Virus record (IMG/VR): IMGVR_UViG_3300029787_005266
Coordinates: 27,043 to 91,042 of that record
Direction: 5' to 3' (one strand)
DNA length: 64,000 nt
Source: a virus
Positions within the stretch are counted from its first letter, which is position 1, and each line of letters starts with the position of its first letter. Positions 58,668 to 64,000 of the stretch are shown here, in pieces. The translations under genes were made by a program, and so were the position numbers. Below the pieces are notes generated by a model that saw nothing but the letters and a program-made list of their open reading frames with translations, searched no databases and had not been told where the DNA came from.

Positions 58668-59083
58668 ATAGAATCAAGTAACTCTGCTAATTTCTTCTTT
58701 GATTTTCCAACTGCTTTTTGTGTTGCAATTTGTTCTTTGTTAGAGATATCATTGCCGACTACAACCAACCCGATCATGCCCATGGACTTATGTGGTGTAC
58801 AAACATAATAGTATATGCCTGGAGTTTCAAATGTGTGCGAAAACTCTTTGTTCATTTTGCTTTTCTTTGGCAGTGTTGCTCCTTCTGGGCCGGCAACAAA
58901 TTCAACATTGTGTCCTTTGGAGGTTGGTAACCAAGTTATTGTATGCTCAACATCGATGTTTACAACGTCTTCTGAGTAAACCATTTTGGCTCCGTCATCG
59001 CGTTTGTTTAACATGTCGATAGTGTGTTCTGCATATGCAGGTGTTACAAATAAAAAAACTAATAGTGTAATAATGTATTTCAT
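58664..59083 (-). CDS. Pseudoazurin/plastocyanin-type blue copper protein with signal peptide
   Basis: Signal peptide ending AYA; GHNV and CTPH...GM type-1 Cu ligands; MLNK...MVY N-terminus and C-terminal helices of pseudoazurin. Confidence 0.9.
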   Translation of the reverse strand: MKYIITLLVFLFVTPAYAEHTIDMLNKRDDGAKMVYSEDVVNIDVEHTITWLPTSKGHNVEFVAGPEGATLPKKSKMNKEFSHTFETPGIYYYVCTPHKSMGMIGLVVVGNDISNKEQIATQKAVGKSKKKLAELLDSI

Positions 59084-59092
59084 GTATGCTCC

Positions 59093-59344
59093 TTATCTTG
59101 CTATGTCTAATAATACTTCTAAGTCTTCAAAATCTTCTCGTTCAGCGGCCGCACTGTCTTTGAATCTCACATTTATTGCTTTCATCAGCACTGCTGGTTT
59201 TATGTTAAGTTCAAGTGCTACTGCTTTAACTGTGTCACGCAAGCCTTCATTTAAATCTTGTACTTCTTGTTTTACATTTGTGCCTTGTTGAATGATCTGT
59301 TTAATCTTGGCTTGATCATCAGAACTAAAGTTTGCTATTGCCAT
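59093..59344 (-). CDS. Phage DsbA-like dsDNA-binding protein
   Basis: 83-aa helical protein, L.D.VKAVA.EL.IKP....KAI; strong SD. Confidence 0.6.
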   Translation of the reverse strand: MAIANFSSDDQAKIKQIIQQGTNVKQEVQDLNEGLRDTVKAVALELNIKPAVLMKAINVRFKDSAAAEREDFEDLEVLLDIAR

Positions 59345-59366
59345 AATTGTCTCCTTTGAAAAAATT

Positions 59367-59395
59367 ATTATACAACGTAATAATGAATTTGTCTA
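59367..59395 (-). promoter_or_regulatory. Sigma70-type promoter TAGACA-17-TATAAT
   Basis: TGTCTA at 59390-59395, ATTATA at 59367-59372; upstream of the dsbA-like/pseudoazurin/polymerase run. Confidence 0.7.
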
Positions 59396-59536
59396 TTGAT
59401 TTCTAGTTTGTTTTTTCATTCCAGCACTGAAATATCTCACAGAGCCTTCTTTGTTTTTCTTAAGACCACGACTGCCTGGAGACTGTGGTTTTTCAATCTG
59501 TTTAGATACTGCTACAAATTCTTTAATCTTCACCAT
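59393..59536 (-). CDS. Small basic protein (47 aa, MVKIKEF...)
   Basis: ATG 59536 fills the gap; N-terminus resembles neighbouring MRIKEI/MRAVEI proteins. Confidence 0.45.
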   Translation of the reverse strand: MVKIKEFVAVSKQIEKPQSPGSRGLKKNKEGSVRYFSAGMKKQTRNQ

Positions 59537-60227
59537 ACATCGCGTCCGAGTTGTCTTTGTCATATTTAGTGAATCTACTACCATCCTTGTATGTGGCACC
59601 TTTTGATCCAAACTCGGTCATGTAGTCATCGGAAGTGCCGCCAGTCCTTTTGTTTTCAACGGTGTACACTGTTTGATCAATTTTGTATCCTGGGTTGCGT
59701 GTGAGTCTGTCTGTGATGTATGCATCATCAGTCCACACAATTCTGTTGTTTGGATAAATGAAAAAGTTTCCATCATCCATTTTAAATGTGTGTCCGCACT
59801 TGTGTTCAGGATCTTCTGCAAAATTGCAGTCTGTGTTGCCAGCATGATTTTCCCAAGACCAATCTAGTGTGAACATGTATTCACCCCAATGTCTGCCACC
59901 ATGCAAATCAATCAATTCTGCTCTGCGTCTTGCCAATCTGTGTCGCACATTTACATCAATGTAAGGGGAAAAACAATTCCAATACTGATGCATTTCTATA
60001 GGATGTATAGGAGCATCTTCTTTCCAACAGAATGCCATGATAGGTCTGCGTGTCCAGTTTACTCCATTTTCCATCAATGCTTCAAACAATGGAACTTTGT
60101 GTTCCATGGATGCAACTGAATGAACTTCTGCCACAGAAAAATCGCCGTGACCTTTTTGATGATCGTACATGTACTCATCTCTTATTAAACATGTGAAGGG
60201 TGGTAGGTTATGATTCAAGTATGCCAT
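59523..60227 (-). CDS. Hypothetical phage protein
   Basis: MAYLNHNLP, WNCFS, YMFTLDW, EHKCGH, YPNNR. Confidence 0.7.
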   Translation of the reverse strand: MAYLNHNLPPFTCLIRDEYMYDHQKGHGDFSVAEVHSVASMEHKVPLFEALMENGVNWTRRPIMAFCWKEDAPIHPIEMHQYWNCFSPYIDVNVRHRLARRRAELIDLHGGRHWGEYMFTLDWSWENHAGNTDCNFAEDPEHKCGHTFKMDDGNFFIYPNNRIVWTDDAYITDRLTRNPGYKIDQTVYTVENKRTGGTSDDYMTEFGSKGATYKDGSRFTKYDKDNSDAMYGED

Positions 60228-60245
60228 GGATACTACTATATATCA

Positions 60246-60656
60246 CTACTTCTTTTTGGTGGCTACGTTTTTTGCTTTTCCGCGTCGGTTTTTGTTTGGG
60301 TCTTCTCTACGTTTTCTGCTGGCCGCAGATTTTCTACCTTTTTTACCTAGAGCCTGTGCTTTCGATCTTGGTAGACATTTAGGTTTGCCTTCTTTGCTTG
60401 AACCTCTAGCACAATCTCCTCTAATTTTTCCATCAGGACCAAATCTTACCCACTTGTCTTTGAACCATTTTTTAAGTCCAGAATGATTTGATTCATCGAG
60501 ATCACCAAATGTAAGTTCTTCACAGTTGATGCAATAATCAATTTGATCTAGATCTTCTTTCTTGACACAGTTGGGAACACGTTTGCCGAACATAGTTTTC
60601 ATGCCCTTCTTTTGGTATCCGTCCCAACACTTTTCTGAAATTTCTACTGCTCTCAT
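60246..60656 (-). CDS. Small basic Cys-motif protein, putative head-internal
   Basis: KCWDGY..KGMK...GKRVPNCV and GLKKWF..KWV...KPKCLP modules recur in marine T4-like phages. Confidence 0.6.
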   Translation of the reverse strand: MRAVEISEKCWDGYQKKGMKTMFGKRVPNCVKKEDLDQIDYCINCEELTFGDLDESNHSGLKKWFKDKWVRFGPDGKIRGDCARGSSKEGKPKCLPRSKAQALGKKGRKSAASRKRREDPNKNRRGKAKNVATKKK

Positions 60657-60838
60657 TACTTGCTCTTGTTACCCCAGTTGGCCGCACCTTTTTTACGACA
60701 CTGAACTAGAGCACCAGAGGCATAGGCTGAAGGCCAAACTTTATATCTTGATTTTACTTTATGATAGCAGGCATCTTTCTTTTCTGCTAATTTTTCGAAT
60801 TCTTCTTCTGTAATTGCTATGTCGTTAAACTTTACCAT
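60656..60838 (-). CDS. Small basic protein, putative head-internal
   Basis: KKDACYHKVKSRYKVWPSAYASGALVQCRKKGAANWG; start at ATG 60838. Confidence 0.6.
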   Translation of the reverse strand: MVKFNDIAITEEEFEKLAEKKDACYHKVKSRYKVWPSAYASGALVQCRKKGAANWGNKSK

Positions 60839-62523
60839 TTTCTGCAACTCCAATATCTTGCTTTTGTTTTAGGTCCTGGATTGTCACAGTTGTGTCTTGC
60901 TCTGAAAGAACGTCTTGCCGCTGGGTTGGATTTACGGATTCTCATAGTTTTTCTTTTTGCTGATGTTCCACCATGTCCAAAATTAACTTTTTTTACATTG
61001 CCTGTTTTCGGATCTTTCACATAAACTTTAAACTTTTTTACATCACCTCTTGTGGGTTTGTTCAATTGCACTTTTCTACCTTGATATTCTGCTTCCCACA
61101 TTTCTTCTGTTGGATATCCTAATACGCCAAATGTTTCATGGAAGTCAGCATCATCACTTAATGTAAGTTCATCTTCGTTTGGAAAGTCAACACCATGTCC
61201 ATCATCGCCTATTGCTTTGTTAAGCATCTGCATGGCAGGCATAATTTGTCCTTTTTCTAAAAGTTCGATAGCATTACCTACTTGCTCTCTTATATGATCC
61301 TCATCATTTGCTTTAGGATCGTTTACAGGATCAGCACTTGGATCATATGTGCCGTTCAGTATTTCTGTAAGTTCATCAGCAAGTCTTGTTGGATTTAAGT
61401 TGCCCATCTCTGTGTTGTTGATTTGCCCCATAAAGTCTTCTACTTCGTCTTTCAATCTGTTAAGTGTGTTGGCATCTTCTTTCAAACCCATTTTCCTTGC
61501 TTCGTCATCTAGATCTGCTTTTCTTTTGATAATTTCTTTTTTAAGTTTTTCATTACTGTTTGTTGCAGGATCCATCTGTAATCTTTGTAATTCTGCTTTC
61601 TTGGCCATGTAGTCTTCTTTGTTTTTGATTTCTACACGTTTGTATTCTGTGACATCATCCTGTGTTGGATTTTGCAAATAATCTTTGACTGATGAAATTT
61701 TGTCTGCCGCCACTGCTAATTTGTTTGTGATCCAAGTCATAATGTTTTCATCACCTGGATTGTTTTGAAACATTTTATAAAGTTCCATTGCATCTTTGGC
61801 AATCTGTGCTGTTTTGGCCTGCATTGAATCTGTGTCAGTGTGACCATCTTCTGTGGTCATTATAACTCTGTCTGAGTCTTTGCTTTGTGAAACTGTTTTG
61901 TTTGCTTTGATGAATTGCAATATTTTGTTTATTTCTTCTATTGGTGCACGTTTAACATAGGTCTCAACCATGTCGCCAATTGAATCAGACATTGTCTCTC
62001 TGTCTAAATTTAGTGCGCCTTCCATTGCATTCTTTGTGGCAGTGGCATACATCACAGCGTCAGCATCCTTGCCATATCTCTTTTTGAAGTCTGCTTTGTT
62101 TTTCTTCATGCCTTTGACCAAACGTTCTTTTTCATCTTCTTCGCCTTTGGTCATTGATCTACCTGAAGTGGTGTGTTTGCCACCATGTGCTTCAGCAAGT
62201 TCATAACCATCTGCTTTGTATTTTGCAAGGTCTTTCTTGTCTATGGTAATAACTTTACCATCTTTGACAACCATCACTTCTGTTTTGGGATCTTTTAATT
62301 GTCTTGCTTGATATTCGCCCAACATCATCTGTACCAGTTTGGAATTAGCAAAGGTTTCGTTTTGAGCACACAAATTTGCTAGGTGTGTACGGGGTTGGAT
62401 GCCGTTTGCTTTAGCATCGTCACGGATCATTTTTTCAAAGTCTAATAACTTGTCCTTAGGTGTTTGTTCTGGCTCTTTGGCTTTGTCCATGGAGTCGAAT
62501 AAATTTGATAAGAAACTAGTCAT
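60832..62523 (-). CDS. Modular acidic protein with basic C-terminal domain, putative head-internal
   Basis: KKRYGKDA..VMYATATK module; C-terminal EAEYQGRKV.L.KP...KKVNFG...SFRARHNC...ARYWSC; TAAATA 5 nt upstream. Confidence 0.6.
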   Translation of the reverse strand: MTSFLSNLFDSMDKAKEPEQTPKDKLLDFEKMIRDDAKANGIQPRTHLANLCAQNETFANSKLVQMMLGEYQARQLKDPKTEVMVVKDGKVITIDKKDLAKYKADGYELAEAHGGKHTTSGRSMTKGEEDEKERLVKGMKKNKADFKKRYGKDADAVMYATATKNAMEGALNLDRETMSDSIGDMVETYVKRAPIEEINKILQFIKANKTVSQSKDSDRVIMTTEDGHTDTDSMQAKTAQIAKDAMELYKMFQNNPGDENIMTWITNKLAVAADKISSVKDYLQNPTQDDVTEYKRVEIKNKEDYMAKKAELQRLQMDPATNSNEKLKKEIIKRKADLDDEARKMGLKEDANTLNRLKDEVEDFMGQINNTEMGNLNPTRLADELTEILNGTYDPSADPVNDPKANDEDHIREQVGNAIELLEKGQIMPAMQMLNKAIGDDGHGVDFPNEDELTLSDDADFHETFGVLGYPTEEMWEAEYQGRKVQLNKPTRGDVKKFKVYVKDPKTGNVKKVNFGHGGTSAKRKTMRIRKSNPAARRSFRARHNCDNPGPKTKARYWSCRKW

Positions 62524-62531
62524 GTAGGTAT

Positions 62532-62747
62532 TTATTCTGCGAGGACTTCTGTTCCGCCTGGGTTGACGGTGAGTGTGTTAGCAGTGAAAGGCACTTTTCC
62601 GGTGTTTTTAACAACGATTTTTTTCACTGGTAGGCTTGTATCCGGAGTCAACAGTGTGTGCTTCCAAGGCAATGTTTGATCTAGGAATAATTCATTATTC
62701 AAATACAGTTGTAAACTGGCTGGACATGAACCATGTATTTGGATCAT
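62532..62747 (-). CDS. Hypothetical protein
   Basis: ATGA-coupled 71-aa ORF. Confidence 0.45.
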   Translation of the reverse strand: MIQIHGSCPASLQLYLNNELFLDQTLPWKHTLLTPDTSLPVKKIVVKNTGKVPFTANTLTVNPGGTEVLAE

Positions 62748-62989
62748 CGCTTGAGTAGTGGTCCACCAAACAGTGATGTGCCTTTCATATCAAGGGCATT
62801 GTCTGTGGGTTTTTGTTTTTTGGATTTTGGTGGTCTAGGTGCTTTGGTTCCTGACTTGCCAGGTGACCCTGTAAATGATTTTTTCTTTCTGTCTTTGCCT
62901 ATTGCTATGTGTGGACTGGTGACAGTAGCAATATTTCCAGAGGCAGTTGCACCTGCTGTGGCTTGTTCTAGTATTTCTTTGATACGCAT
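62744..62989 (-). CDS. Small basic protein (MRIKEILE...ATAGATASGNIA)
   Basis: Start at ATG 62989, 5 nt after TAAATA (62995-63000). Confidence 0.6.
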   Translation of the reverse strand: MRIKEILEQATAGATASGNIATVTSPHIAIGKDRKKKSFTGSPGKSGTKAPRPPKSKKQKPTDNALDMKGTSLFGGPLLKR

Positions 62990-62993
62990 AATA

Positions 62994-63782
62994 CTATTTA
63001 ACTTCCACATTGCCGTTAATTAGATCGAATTGCTTGTAGTATTCGGGCAACGATTCCATCATCTGGAAATTAAACACACTGCGATCTATAAATTGCAACA
63101 GACGTATATAACCAGTGACGTATTGTTCCATTTGTAAATTTTTATCAGTGGATTGTGTATTCTTCCTTATAATCAAATTGGCATCCTGATCTATTTCTGC
63201 AATCATCGACACATGATCTATCTGATGCTTGTCATTTGCATTATTCAGAATATAATTTTCTTGTGTGCTGTCTTTGTCTTCGAAACCTTCTAACAGCAAC
63301 TTGTTCATTCCTTTTACGTTTTTCAAAGGTGTTTGATTATCCAACATCACATAACCGCTACGTAGAGTCAGTAATAGTTGACATGGCTGTTCACCAAATA
63401 TAAAATTTTTATCATTTTTCCATAATGTGTTTTTTAACCATCCTGCATCAGTATGATGCAATGAGTCAACATGATATTGATAAGGATGTCCATTAACAAG
63501 CACTGCATATAATAACATAGCACTACCTTCACCATCTTTTGTATAAACTGTTTTTGGGTTAACGTCTTCTTGTTTTGCTACTTCGTCACGTGATCGAGGC
63601 ACAATTCTAAAAGTGTATTTGTATGTTCCATCTTCCTCATGTGTGATAGGCTTTGTGAGAATCAAACAATCATGATGATGCCAGTAGAATTCATCTATCA
63701 AGACATCATTGCAATAAAGTCTTATATCAGAGTAGCACAAACTTTCATTGGTATACAACATGAATTGAACTTGGTGTGTCAT
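62994..63782 (-). CDS. Hypothetical protein
   Basis: 262-aa ORF with no recognised motif. Confidence 0.5.
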   Translation of the reverse strand: MTHQVQFMLYTNESLCYSDIRLYCNDVLIDEFYWHHHDCLILTKPITHEEDGTYKYTFRIVPRSRDEVAKQEDVNPKTVYTKDGEGSAMLLYAVLVNGHPYQYHVDSLHHTDAGWLKNTLWKNDKNFIFGEQPCQLLLTLRSGYVMLDNQTPLKNVKGMNKLLLEGFEDKDSTQENYILNNANDKHQIDHVSMIAEIDQDANLIIRKNTQSTDKNLQMEQYVTGYIRLLQFIDRSVFNFQMMESLPEYYKQFDLINGNVEVK

Positions 63783-63790
63783 GCTGTTAA

Positions 63791-64000
63791 TTATTTTTTC
63801 TTTTTTTTGCCTCTACGCATATTGAGTTGCCAACGGGCCATGCGTCCTTTTTCTCCACCTGCTTTGGCATACTTTTGTAACTGTGCCATGGTAGCACCTT
63901 TTGGTATGCCCACTCTTTTTGATATGCCTTTGCGTCCAGGCTTTTTGCCATCAGCAAAATTGTCCACCAATGTGTCTATGCTTTCATCTACTATGATAAC
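63791..64000 (-). CDS. 3' end of a protein with a basic C-terminal module (not in ORF track)
   Basis: Open from window edge: ...VDNFADGKKPGRKGISKRVGIPKG...RMARWQLNMRRGKKKKK*. Confidence 0.65.
   Translation of the reverse strand, partial: VIIVDESIDTLVDNFADGKKPGRKGISKRVGIPKGATMAQLQKYAKAGGEKGRMARWQLNMRRGKKKKK

Noticed and set aside
1-64000. Stop-codon reassignment as seen in some large phages
   Set aside because: Genes are full length and tightly packed under the standard code, and TAA, TGA and TAG all end genes.
1-64000. tRNA, rRNA or sizeable ncRNA genes
   Set aside because: Intergenic gaps are almost all under 90 bp and are occupied by promoter motifs; no cloverleaf was recognised by eye. 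A tRNAscan/Infernal run would confirm.

Overview
This is a 64 kb, AT-rich, densely coding segment of a large (T4-like/jumbo-type) tailed phage genome in the standard genetic code; a marine alphaproteobacterial host is a weak inference. All calls come from motif recognition, with no database searches. (1) 1-15.9 kb: virion baseplate/tail-fibre genes built from shuffled modules, with one Mtd-N fibre gene inverted. (2) 16-36 kb: an ~20 kb glycan/small-molecule tailoring island. It has glycosyltransferase-like genes, five tandem N-terminal-twitch radical SAM enzymes, an SGNH-like protein, a NodU/CmcH carbamoyltransferase and a 1000-aa repeat GT-like protein. Converging on these is an SDR + DegT aminotransferase + DesII-like radical SAM cassette (desosamine/chalcose-type 4-deoxygenation chemistry). 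(3) 36-43.8 kb: MoxR AAA/VWA-peptidase pair, glutaredoxin and RNase H. (4) 43.8-54.2 kb: a 7-deazaguanine DNA-modification locus (queE, folE, queD-like, dpdA-like; no queC or queF seen). It also carries a PRTase, a GT-B glycosyltransferase, GMP reductase and a short-DegT/oxygenase/twin-amidinotransferase cassette. (5) 54-64 kb: sliding clamp, family B DNA polymerase, pseudoazurin, DsbA-like protein and small basic putative head-internal proteins. Two promoter classes (near-perfect sigma70 and TAAATA late boxes) often lie only 5-10 nt from the ATG, implying leaderless mRNAs. The best candidates for new biology are the DesII-containing glycan island next to D-S-T-rich fibres and the amidinotransferase-augmented deazaguanine locus.
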